From: an uncultured Spirochaetota bacterium
GTDB lineage: Bacteria > Spirochaetota > Spirochaetia > SZUA-6 > Fen-1364
Direction of reading: 5' to 3'
DNA length: 64,000 nucleotides
Assembly (NCBI GenBank): GCA_963820525.1
Contig: CAWGAA010000002.1
Location: 492,568 to 556,567, forward strand
In this document: positions 40,945 to 49,386 of the stretch, piece by piece
Layout: the number at the start of each line of letters is the position of its first letter
Position numbering within the stretch: position 1 is the stretch's first letter
Position numbers and translations under genes: made by a program
Notes under the pieces: model-generated
What the model was told of the DNA's origin: nothing
Seen by the model: only the letters and a program-made list of their open reading frames with translations
The model's database searches: none

Positions 40945-41972
40945 AGCTGAAGACGCCGCTCACCTTCTCGGCTCTCATCGCGGCCCTTGCCATCGCGATC
41001 GTTGCCGCCGCCGGCATCGGCGCCGTCGCCGTTCCTCCCCTCACGTTTCTCAGGATGATTCTATACGGCATCGGCGTCCACTCCGTCGGGCTTCCCGCGC
41101 CCATTGACGTTACCATCATCGTGATGCTTCGGCTCCCCAGAATCGCGGCTGCCCTGCTTGTCGGCTCGGCGCTCGCCATGTGCGGTGCGGTCATGCAGGG
41201 ATTGTTCAGAAACCCCATGGCCAGCCCCGAGGTTCTCGGCCTCTCCGCCGGCGGAAGCCTCGGAGCGGTCATCGCAATCACGTCAGGGCTGGGAAGCGCG
41301 AGCCTTTTCTCCCTCCCTCTTTTGACGGTCGTGGGCGCCCTCTTTGCCGCGGCCGTCATCTACTGGATCGCCAGCCTGAAGGGGGCCACCTCGCTTCTGT
41401 TCGTGGTGCTTGCGGGCATGGCCGTCTCCTCGCTGTTGGGTGGAATCACGTCGGCCCTCCTCTTCTTATCGCGCGAGCAGGAGGTGAGCCAGTTCGTGTT
41501 CTGGACCATGGGGGGGCTGGATGGGCGGACGTGGCGGCATGTCCTGCTCGCGGCCCCCGTCCTCATACCCGGCATGGCGGGGCTCGCCCTGTTCTCCCGC
41601 GAGCTGAATGTCTTCAGCCTCGGAGAGCAGAGCGCCGCTTCCCTCGGGATGAGCGTGGAGAATACCAAGCGCGCGCTCTTGGCCCTCTCGGCCGTCGTGA
41701 CGGGAACCGCGATAGCGGTGAGCGGGCCCGTCGGTTTCATCGGGCTTCTGATCCCGCACTTCTTCCGCCTCATTTTAGGGCCGGATCACAGGACTCTCCT
41801 TCCCGCATCTGCCCTCGGCGGAGGCCTCTTCCTCATCGCCTCCGACCTCGTGGGCAGGGCCATCGCCCCGCCCTTCGAGATCCGCGTCGGAATCATAACG
41901 GCCATCCTGGGAAGCCCCTACCTGCTCTTCCTCGTTGTGCGCTCGCAGAAACGGAGGGCAGCCCCTCAATGA
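40941..41972 (+). CDS. FecCD/BtuC-family permease
   Basis: RLPRI, QGLFRNPMASP, GFIGLLIPH, GIITAILGSP. Confidence 0.92.
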   Translation: MKLKTPLTFSALIAALAIAIVAAAGIGAVAVPPLTFLRMILYGIGVHSVGLPAPIDVTIIVMLRLPRIAAALLVGSALAMCGAVMQGLFRNPMASPEVLGLSAGGSLGAVIAITSGLGSASLFSLPLLTVVGALFAAAVIYWIASLKGATSLLFVVLAGMAVSSLLGGITSALLFLSREQEVSQFVFWTMGGLDGRTWRHVLLAAPVLIPGMAGLALFSRELNVFSLGEQSAASLGMSVENTKRALLALSAVVTGTAIAVSGPVGFIGLLIPHFFRLILGPDHRTLLPASALGGGLFLIASDLVGRAIAPPFEIRVGIITAILGSPYLLFLVVRSQKRRAAPQ

Positions 41973-43219
41973 ACGGCAGGGAGGATAAAACGCGGCTCCT
42001 GGAATCCGATGGAATGGGCTTTTCAGTCGGAGAGAAGCGCATTCTGCATGATGTGAGCTTCAGCCTGGGGAGGGGAGAGCTTGTCGGCGTCATCGGGCCG
42101 AATGGGGCGGGGAAGACCACGCTCCTGCGCCTCGCGAGCGGGCTGCTTCCTCCTTCCTCCGGCAGCGTCTCTTTTTCGGGAGAGAAGCTCGCCGCCCTGC
42201 GCCCGCGCACGAGGGCGCGTCTTGTATCCTTCATGAGCCAGGACATACCACAAGAGATCTCTTTCTCCGTGCTCGAGGTCGTGCTCATGGGGCGCTATCC
42301 CCACCTCGCCCGGTTCCAGAGGGAATCCGCCGAAGACATCGAGAAGGCGCGCCGCATGCTCGCCTACGTCGGGCTATCCGGCTTCGAGGAAAGGCCCTTC
42401 GGCGAGCTTTCAGGGGGCGAGCGGCAGCTGGCGCTCTTCGCCCGCGTCCTGGCGCAGGAGGCGGAGCTTGTCGTGCTCGACGAGCCGAGCTCGCACCTGG
42501 ACTTGCGTCATGAAGACGCAATCTTCTCCATGGCCCAGGAGCTCGCGCGGGAAGGCCGGGGGGTGCTCGCCTCCGTGCACAACCTCAACGTCGCCTCCCA
42601 CTACTGCGGGCGCTTGATTCTACTGGACAGGGGCATGGTCGCCGCAGCTGGAAAGGCCGAGGAGGTGCTCGCGCCGGCGCTCCTCCAGCGGGTCTATGGG
42701 GTGAAGGCCATTGTGTCGAGAAGCGCGGCCACGGGAAGCGTCATGGTGAGCGTTGTGCCCTTGCGAGTGGAGGGCAGGGGCGTCCGCATTCACCTCATCG
42801 GCGGGGCGGGCTCCGCCGTGAACCTCACGCGCGAGCTCTACCGTCTGGGATTCGCTCTGACCGGCGGAATCGCTCACGCCCGAGACTCGGATGAAGCGCT
42901 GTGGAAGAGCCTGGGGATAGAGTGCTTCTCCGTGGACGCGTTCTCACGGATCTCGGATCGCGATGTCGAGCACGCGGCCGCCCGTGTCGAAGCGGCGGAG
43001 CTGGTAATCCTGTGCGCTTTTCCCATAGGGTTAGCAAACGTGGCAAACCTGAGGCTCGCCGCGCGGGCCCGCCGGCTCGTCATTCTGGAGCCGGGCCCCG
43101 GTGACCTGCAAAGGAGCTATTTCACGGACGACGCAAGCCGACTTTTCGAAGCGCTTGGAAAGTCCGCGGAAACGAGGAAGCAGAACGAGCTGGTTTCAGA
43201 GCTTGTCGGCGGCGCGTAG
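41969..43219 (+). CDS. BtuD/FecE-type ABC ATPase with C-terminal extension
   Basis: GPNGAGKTT, LSGGERQ, LDEP; extra domain IHLIGGAGSA. Confidence 0.9.
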   Translation: MNGREDKTRLLESDGMGFSVGEKRILHDVSFSLGRGELVGVIGPNGAGKTTLLRLASGLLPPSSGSVSFSGEKLAALRPRTRARLVSFMSQDIPQEISFSVLEVVLMGRYPHLARFQRESAEDIEKARRMLAYVGLSGFEERPFGELSGGERQLALFARVLAQEAELVVLDEPSSHLDLRHEDAIFSMAQELAREGRGVLASVHNLNVASHYCGRLILLDRGMVAAAGKAEEVLAPALLQRVYGVKAIVSRSAATGSVMVSVVPLRVEGRGVRIHLIGGAGSAVNLTRELYRLGFALTGGIAHARDSDEALWKSLGIECFSVDAFSRISDRDVEHAAARVEAAELVILCAFPIGLANVANLRLAARARRLVILEPGPGDLQRSYFTDDASRLFEALGKSAETRKQNELVSELVGGA

Positions 43220-43310
43220 CAGGCCCGCTAGCGGCGACCCGCTTGCAGCTTGCCCGGGACGGCGCGGAGCGGCGCCCCGCTTGCCACATCGGTTTTGTCA
43301 CAAGACAGGC

Positions 43311-43367
43311 TGCCGGAGACGGGACTTGAACCCGTACAGCCCTTGCGGGCCGGGGGATTTTAAGTCC
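43311..43367 (-). repeat. att site: 57-bp exact copy of the tRNA-Leu 3' portion
   Basis: TGCCGGAGACGGGACTTGAACCCGTACAGCCCTTGCGGGCCGGGGGATTTTAAGTCC is identical to 51946-52002. Confidence 0.95.
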
Positions 43368-43547
43368 GTTTTCAATTCCCCACGCGCATACCCCTATTTA
43401 CTTATGTATACTATTGATATAGAATTAACGCAGTAGGATAAATCGTGGTATGTCTAAAAAGATGAGAATAGAAAAGGTTCTTCTCAGAAATCATCTCATT
43501 TTTCCAGGTATTAAGAGGTAGAGAATCAAGCAATAAGGGCGAGAAAT

Positions 43548-45674
43548 ATGATGAAACTCAAGAGGTTTCAAGTAACCGGCTTCCGATCAGTTAGCGATAG
43601 CGGCCCAATCGAGACCGATGACGTGACGGCGCTTATCGGAACGAATGAAGCGGGCAAAACCAACATTCTTCTGCCGCTCTGGAAATTAAGTCCTGCAAAG
43701 GAAGGCGAGATCGTGCCTACCGCGGACTACCCGAGAAAACTCTACAACATTCTTAGAAACCAAAAGCCGAAACCTGTGTTCATAAAAGCCGTATTCGAGG
43801 CTGATGACGCGGTCGCACAAGAGCTTTCGGCCAAGACTGGGATGCCAAAAGACGCCATGAGCGAGATAGAGGTTTCCCGCCGTTTCGATACTGAGTACGA
43901 AGTGGATTTTCCGAACGCCAATCCGCTCCGATCGATCAACACAGAAAGGGCCGCAACGATCATTCAGGGCGGAGAGAGGGAAATCGCTGCCATGGCAGCG
44001 GTCGAGGGTGAGAGCGATCTCAAGACGCTCATCGTGACCTCCCTTCGCACTGCGAAGGAGTCTTTTGGCAACAAGACTGAGGTCAACGCGGCCGATCTGG
44101 ACAGTGCTCTTGCCGTTATGGGGGGCGTGAAGATCGACGCCGCTCCAGCAACAAGCACTATTGCGCCTAGATTTCGCCAAGTGCAAGAGCAGATCGGCGA
44201 ATTGCGAAAAGGAATTTCTCGGCCTCACCCGCGAGAAGTCGATGCTGCTGTGAAGATCGTTCTAAAGAACATGCCCAAGTTCGTATATTACTCAACGTAC
44301 GGAAACCTGGATTCCGAAATCTATCTTCCCCATGTGATCGCAAACCTCAAGCGGTCTGACTTGGGCTTAAAGGAACAAGCCAAGGCAAGGACACTTAAAG
44401 TGCTTTTCGAGTTCGTGAAACTCCAACCGGAGGAGATCCTTGAATTGGGCCAAGATTTCAAGGTTACGAACCGTCAGCCCACGGAAGCCGAGATAGCAGC
44501 GATCGCCGAAAAAAAGAAACAAAGGAGCATCCTACTTCAATCCGCCTCAACTCTCCTAACTACTCAGTTTCGAGAATGGTGGAAGCAGGGGGAATACAGA
44601 TTCAGGTTCGAAGCGGATGGTGACCACTTCCGGATCTGGGTCTCGGATGATAAGCGGCCGGAGGAGATTGAACTCGAGGGCCGCAGTACAGGGCTTCAGT
44701 GGTTCCTGAGTTTCTACCTCGTCTTTCTGGTTGAAAGGGCGGATGCCCATGAGCAGGCCATCCTCTTGTTGGATGAACCAGGACTGTCCCTACATCCACT
44801 CGCACAACGCGATCTTTCGCAATTCTTCAATGGGCTCGCGAGCGACAACCAACTCATATACACGTGCCACTCGCCATTCTTGGTCGATGCTGACCGCCTG
44901 GATCGGGCGCGAAAGGTGTATGTTGGCAACGACGGCACTAGCAAGGTCACTCCTGATCTGAGAGCATCTGACGATCCGCCAGGGCAACGGGGTGCTGCAT
45001 ACGCAGTTCACGCTGCACTAGGGCTGAGTGTAGCCGAGAGTTTACTTCTTGGATGCGAGCCCGTTGTAGTGGAAGGTCAATCAGATCAGCACTACCTCAC
45101 TGCAATCAAGAACCTTCTCATAGCCGCAGGCCGGTTAAAGCCCGGGCGAGAGCTAGTATTTCCGCCTGCGGGGGGTGTCAAGGGAGTAAAGGCGGTTGTG
45201 AGTATTCTCGGAGGGCGAGACGAAGAGCTGCCCGTTGCTCTATTTGATAGCGATGAACAGGGCCATGCTACGGCGCAAGCGCTTCGAATAGGTCTCTACA
45301 CTGCCTGTCCAGAACTGGTGTTGGAAATGAAGGACTATGCGGGGTTCGAACATGCTGAGGTGGAGGACTTGATCCCACCCGAGGTGATAGCTCGGCAGCT
45401 TGATCGTTGGCAGCGAGGCGCGGAAAAGCCATTTTCTGAGACGGTGAGACAAGGGGAACCCATTGTTGCTCAAATTGAGGCGTGGGCGAAGAACAACCGT
45501 GTCACCCTTGAAGTCCCAGGTTGGAAGGTCGAGCTCTCAATTCGGGTCAAGCGGCAGATGCTATCTGACGGGCCAGCGGCCATTAAGGCTGAAGTTGCGG
45601 ATAAATGGGTGAAGTTATTCGAGACGTTTCGGGATTCTCGGGCAACTGCCCGGGAGCGACAGGCGGGAGAGTGA
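43548..45674 (+). CDS. OLD-like ABC-ATPase + TOPRIM nuclease
   Basis: FRSV, Walker A GTNEAGKT, signature RSTGLQW, Walker B LLLDEPGLSLHP, H-loop TCHSPF; TOPRIM VVEGQSD and LFDSD. Confidence 0.85.
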   Translation: MMKLKRFQVTGFRSVSDSGPIETDDVTALIGTNEAGKTNILLPLWKLSPAKEGEIVPTADYPRKLYNILRNQKPKPVFIKAVFEADDAVAQELSAKTGMPKDAMSEIEVSRRFDTEYEVDFPNANPLRSINTERAATIIQGGEREIAAMAAVEGESDLKTLIVTSLRTAKESFGNKTEVNAADLDSALAVMGGVKIDAAPATSTIAPRFRQVQEQIGELRKGISRPHPREVDAAVKIVLKNMPKFVYYSTYGNLDSEIYLPHVIANLKRSDLGLKEQAKARTLKVLFEFVKLQPEEILELGQDFKVTNRQPTEAEIAAIAEKKKQRSILLQSASTLLTTQFREWWKQGEYRFRFEADGDHFRIWVSDDKRPEEIELEGRSTGLQWFLSFYLVFLVERADAHEQAILLLDEPGLSLHPLAQRDLSQFFNGLASDNQLIYTCHSPFLVDADRLDRARKVYVGNDGTSKVTPDLRASDDPPGQRGAAYAVHAALGLSVAESLLLGCEPVVVEGQSDQHYLTAIKNLLIAAGRLKPGRELVFPPAGGVKGVKAVVSILGGRDEELPVALFDSDEQGHATAQALRIGLYTACPELVLEMKDYAGFEHAEVEDLIPPEVIARQLDRWQRGAEKPFSETVRQGEPIVAQIEAWAKNNRVTLEVPGWKVELSIRVKRQMLSDGPAAIKAEVADKWVKLFETFRDSRATARERQAGE

Positions 45675-45699
45675 CCGCCCTTAGAATAGGAGCAAGTCT

Positions 45700-45990
45700 A
45701 TGCCAACTTCGGTGAGGAACGTAGCAGGAACCGCAGATCTTTCCTGCAAATGCGGTTCGTGGATCAAGCATTGGGAGAGAGGATCTGGCAAGAGCGCTCT
45801 TGGATGTGGAGTTGTCGGATGTACCGGTCCTGCTGAAGTTGGCGCGCATGTCACGAAGGTGGGATCTCAAGACAGGGGCAGGTACATAGTGCCGATGTGC
45901 ACAACCCACAATTTCTACACTTCTATGGACTTATCGATCAAGGACAGCGTGCCACTCATTTCGGTCAATTGGCAGAATACTTGCGCGTGA
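45700..45990 (+). CDS. 96-aa Cys/His-rich protein, possibly HNH/His-Me-finger-like
   Basis: RBS AGGAG; CKC..W..HW, CGVVGC, GAHV, IVPMCTTHN. Confidence 0.75.
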   Translation: MPTSVRNVAGTADLSCKCGSWIKHWERGSGKSALGCGVVGCTGPAEVGAHVTKVGSQDRGRYIVPMCTTHNFYTSMDLSIKDSVPLISVNWQNTCA

Positions 45991-46308
45991 GGATCCTGTG
46001 GCGGGAATCGCACTCGCCACCTCACAGAGATTGAGACGCACTTTCGCCAACACCTGCGCGGTTTCCCGCCTCAGCGATCTCCTCAAGGGGTAATCGCCCG
46101 CCGAAGGCCTCCGATAGCACGCCTGCCACCTGAACCGCCCCGGCCTCGGCATGAGCACTGCCAGGGGAAGGCCTGCTCCATCATGAAGGAGGCGGACCGT
46201 GCGGTTCATCAATTCGCCGCCCATGCCTGAGCTTCCGCCCGATTGAGCTGCATGAGCAGCCGTGGCCGGGGAGCGTGCCCGCCATCCCGGATGGCCACCA
46301 GGAGCCAA

Positions 46309-46881
46309 GGGCTTTATAAAGGTGAACTACGAGCAACCGAAAAGCATTTAGCGAAAGGTGCGCTAATGTATTTCGTTCGCCTTCAGATGGCACATCTCAC
46401 TGAAGGAATGAAGGTTCTTCAACAGCTTGAAACTGTTCCCAGTTTTAAAAGAGTCTTTTCTTCCTGTCGCTCATCTGCGCAAGAAGCATATAAGCGTTTA
46501 ATACCTTTCACTCAACCAGGACCAGAAAAAACGTGGTTCGATAATAATGTCGCTACTACGCGTAGTAACTTGACTTTTCACTATCATGAATCAGGAAAAT
46601 GGATAAACTGGGCATTAGCAGATAGGGCTTCCAGAGCAGTGGCAGAGCGATCATCAATAACATACGGTGATCACGGACATCTCTGGCGTTTCCATATTGC
46701 AGACAATATTCTTGATAGTATTATGTGTCGTAAAATCTGGAAAATACCCAAATCATCTGATGTACAGAAAGAAGCAGATATAGTAATCAGCAAAATCTAT
46801 AATATCTATCGCAACTTTATCAACTTTGCATTAGTATTTATGTTAGAATATTTGAAGCAGACTATTGTAGCCTTGAAATAA
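46309..46881 (+). CDS. 5'-truncated cassette gene, HEPN-like (R-x5-H)
   Basis: AT-rich part of ORF 46243-46881; RSNLTFHY motif in a helical protein; followed by an attC-like site. The 5' boundary is approximate, set by the GC shift. Confidence 0.55.
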   Translation, partial: GLYKGELRATEKHLAKGALMYFVRLQMAHLTEGMKVLQQLETVPSFKRVFSSCRSSAQEAYKRLIPFTQPGPEKTWFDNNVATTRSNLTFHYHESGKWINWALADRASRAVAERSSITYGDHGHLWRFHIADNILDSIMCRKIWKIPKSSDVQKEADIVISKIYNIYRNFINFALVFMLEYLKQTIVALK

Positions 46882-46888
46882 TCTTGGC

Positions 46889-47003
46889 GTCTAGCATGCT
46901 GTTGGAGTGACAGAATAGGCTGTCGCCGTGACTTATAGTTACATGAGTTATGACCTTTTGTACTTAGATGATTCGGGGCGGCAACTCAACAGCGTCGTTG
47001 CAC
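46889..47003 (+). repeat. attC-like site 1
   Basis: R'' GTCTAGC, L'' GCTGTTGGAGT, L' GCAACTCAACAGC, R' GTTGCAC; arms complementary with an extra G. Confidence 0.8.
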
Positions 47004-47053
47004 GCATTTAGACAAGGTGATGTAATACTCCAGTATCATGCGGGAGGTTATGA

Positions 47054-47953
47054 ATGAACAATAGATTCGATGAAGTAAAAGAACATCTCAGGAAACTTTC
47101 AATAATCAAAGAAGCACTGCAAGCTCTTATCCATTTCAACGAAGAGGCAATAAGTTCTTTGTCGTGGCAGAATCGGTTCCTGGGTAATAGTTTGATAAGC
47201 ACATCCTTCGCGATCGATCTATATGGCTCTCTTGTTGAACCAAAAGTGAATGAGATGTCGGAAACTGACTTCAGAGGGATGATGAATCCACTATCGAACA
47301 TGGTCCGGTTTGGAACTACGTTCATCACGCTCCATAGAACAAAAGACGTAAAGAGCTACTTGCAGACATTTGAGGCAACTGCAAGCGGTGGCTCAGCAGT
47401 TTTCTCAGCATCAGTGGCAGATAGCACTGTCAATTTCATTGGATTTACACACCCCCAAGAACCGGAGAGAGCTAGAATTCAAGGTCTGCTTGAAACATAC
47501 TTCAGCCAGCTGAAACCAGAAGAAGACATTAGGTATATTGAAGAAAGGCTTCCGAAGATTCTCCCAAACGTTGCTGAAGACTTCAAGCACTTCCTTGCCA
47601 ATTACTACGCGTCAAAGCAGAATGAACTCAAGTATCAGGAACTGATTGCATTCAGAACCATCTTTTTTATGAAACTAGTCGAGGAATTTGCGAAATTGCA
47701 TGGATGTCCAGATTCTGTATCACGGAAAGAGAAGATTACGTTTTTTGCATTCAAATCTTCGAAAACCACCGACCCCAATGCAGAGAAAATAGCCGAGGCC
47801 GCATTCTCTTTATGGAAAACGCTATCTACTCAAGATAGCTCGGCTTTAAGCGTAAAGATGGGAAACGTCACCGCCAGTTATATCGATTTGCTATTTCACA
47901 ATGTTCTTATCGTGGCAGCTACGCTCCTAAGGCAAAATGAGAACTATTGGTAA
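47054..47953 (+). CDS. Cassette-encoded hypothetical protein (299 aa)
   Basis: RBS GGAGG; AT-rich ORF exactly filling the space between attC-like sites 1 and 2. Confidence 0.8.
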   Translation: MNNRFDEVKEHLRKLSIIKEALQALIHFNEEAISSLSWQNRFLGNSLISTSFAIDLYGSLVEPKVNEMSETDFRGMMNPLSNMVRFGTTFITLHRTKDVKSYLQTFEATASGGSAVFSASVADSTVNFIGFTHPQEPERARIQGLLETYFSQLKPEEDIRYIEERLPKILPNVAEDFKHFLANYYASKQNELKYQELIAFRTIFFMKLVEEFAKLHGCPDSVSRKEKITFFAFKSSKTTDPNAEKIAEAAFSLWKTLSTQDSSALSVKMGNVTASYIDLLFHNVLIVAATLLRQNENYW

Positions 47954-47968
47954 TATGAACACAAATGC

Positions 47969-48064
47969 GTGTAACATGCGATTGGAGTTGTTCGCCAAGT
48001 CTACGCGTGTTGAATCATTTACACATAGATGATTCGGGGCGGCAACTCATCAGCTTCGTTAGGT
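47969..48064 (+). repeat. attC-like site 2
   Basis: R'' GTGTAAC ... R' GTTAGGT; shares TAGATGATTCGGGGCGGCAACTCA with site 1. Confidence 0.85.
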
Positions 48065-48077
48065 GGTCATAGATTCA

Positions 48078-49085
48078 ATGACATTCGCCCAGCTGATAAA
48101 CCGTATCCGCACTGAGACCAGATACAAGTCCTGTTTCGTTAGTGATTCCTCTTGCTCAACAAGAATAGTTAGGTCGCATTCCATTCAGAATTCTCGGATA
48201 CTTAGGCGTATTTCCTTGAACGGCATGGTCTTAACTATTCAAGCATCAGATCGGATACTCGGCTTTTCTTCCGTTGGCCGCAAGACCGCATCGACCTTTT
48301 CGGGATTCTGCTCGTTTCACGACGATAAGATTTTCAAACTGATAGAGACCGACGATTTCTCTCCTATTGATGCCCACTTCGTACGGCACGCTTACAGGGC
48401 ACTCGCTCTTGAATACAACAAAAAAACTTCAATCCTCAGAATGTACACTAAAATTCTTGAGTTGATGGAAACAAAACAATGGCAGAGATACCTTCGTGAC
48501 TGCACAGATATAAAACCTTCGCGCGCAAGTCCCGCCGAAACTTACAGAGATGTCGTTTCATACATTACTGGATCTCAGATTGAACTCGACAATATGAATA
48601 GGTTCCGAGCGCTGTTCGATGTTTTCTTTGAGACCTCCCACAACGACTTCTTGTCTTCCTTCTCAGTATCCTTTCCCTCTGAGTATCCCATCGCTGCCAC
48701 ATCGTCGATAACGATTGAGCATGACTTTCGAGGTAACCCAGTAAACGTTTTCCCTAAATCGGACATCTGCGATGAATCGAAACCGCTCTATCTAACTATT
48801 TTTCCACAAAACGGGCGTACACATGTTCTCCTCTCTCACTATGAAAGGGACCGCGACACCTACCGACCTTTAAGAAATGATCTGAAGAGTATGCGCATTA
48901 GAGATCTGAAGGTTGCAGTGACAAATTTGATTGCAAATCACATTGAGAACTTCTATGTCTCACCGGTTTATTGGAAGAGACTGGACGAACAAACAAAAGT
49001 CCATTTTCTCGAGGTTTTTCGGCAAACGCTTTTTTTCGCTGGGAGCGACTTGGCTCAACTTAAAGATATCAATATCTTCGTCTGA
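48078..49085 (+). CDS. Cassette-encoded protein with Zn/HNH-like N-terminus
   Basis: C-x6-C, SHSIQ, ASTFSGFCSFHD motifs; lies between attC-like sites 2 and 3. Confidence 0.7.
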   Translation: MTFAQLINRIRTETRYKSCFVSDSSCSTRIVRSHSIQNSRILRRISLNGMVLTIQASDRILGFSSVGRKTASTFSGFCSFHDDKIFKLIETDDFSPIDAHFVRHAYRALALEYNKKTSILRMYTKILELMETKQWQRYLRDCTDIKPSRASPAETYRDVVSYITGSQIELDNMNRFRALFDVFFETSHNDFLSSFSVSFPSEYPIAATSSITIEHDFRGNPVNVFPKSDICDESKPLYLTIFPQNGRTHVLLSHYERDRDTYRPLRNDLKSMRIRDLKVAVTNLIANHIENFYVSPVYWKRLDEQTKVHFLEVFRQTLFFAGSDLAQLKDINIFV

Positions 49086-49087
49086 CC

Positions 49088-49114
49088 GTCTAGCATGCTG
49101 TTGGAGTTGACCGC
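49088..49114 (+). repeat. attC-like site 3, left arm only
   Basis: GTCTAGCATGCTGTTGGAGTTGACCGC is near-identical to the site 1 left arm; no matching right arm found. Confidence 0.7.
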
Positions 49115-49386
49115 TTAAGCTACCTGTCTTTAGGCCGCCCTTGACCAGTCGGGCTCGGAGCTAAAGTTTCAATGAGTTTCGATTTGCATGGAATGCTCTG
49201 ATTGAGTTGTTTAGAAGACAGATATAGAAGGTGTATCAATCTGGAGTTCCCCCGATTTCGTGGACACCCTGAATTGCACCTGCGTCTCGGTTTCGGGGGG
49301 GTATCCAAACACCACCTGCCTTCCGAAAACGCAACCACGGCCCTCTACGCGCAAGGCTTTTTCCTCACTCTGGCTTGGATCGTCAA

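Noticed and set aside
43311-43367. Second tRNA-Leu gene
   Set aside because: It lacks the 5' acceptor strand and D-arm; it is the att duplication.
43548-45674. Gabija or PARIS assignment
   Set aside because: There is no UvrD (GajB) partner, and the ATPase and TOPRIM are in one chain with no separate AriA/AriB. A fused PARIS-like form cannot be excluded without HMMs.
46889-49114. CRISPR array or retron ncRNA interpretation of the island repeats
   Set aside because: The repeats are about 1 kb apart, each follows an ORF and has attC architecture; no cas or RT gene is present.
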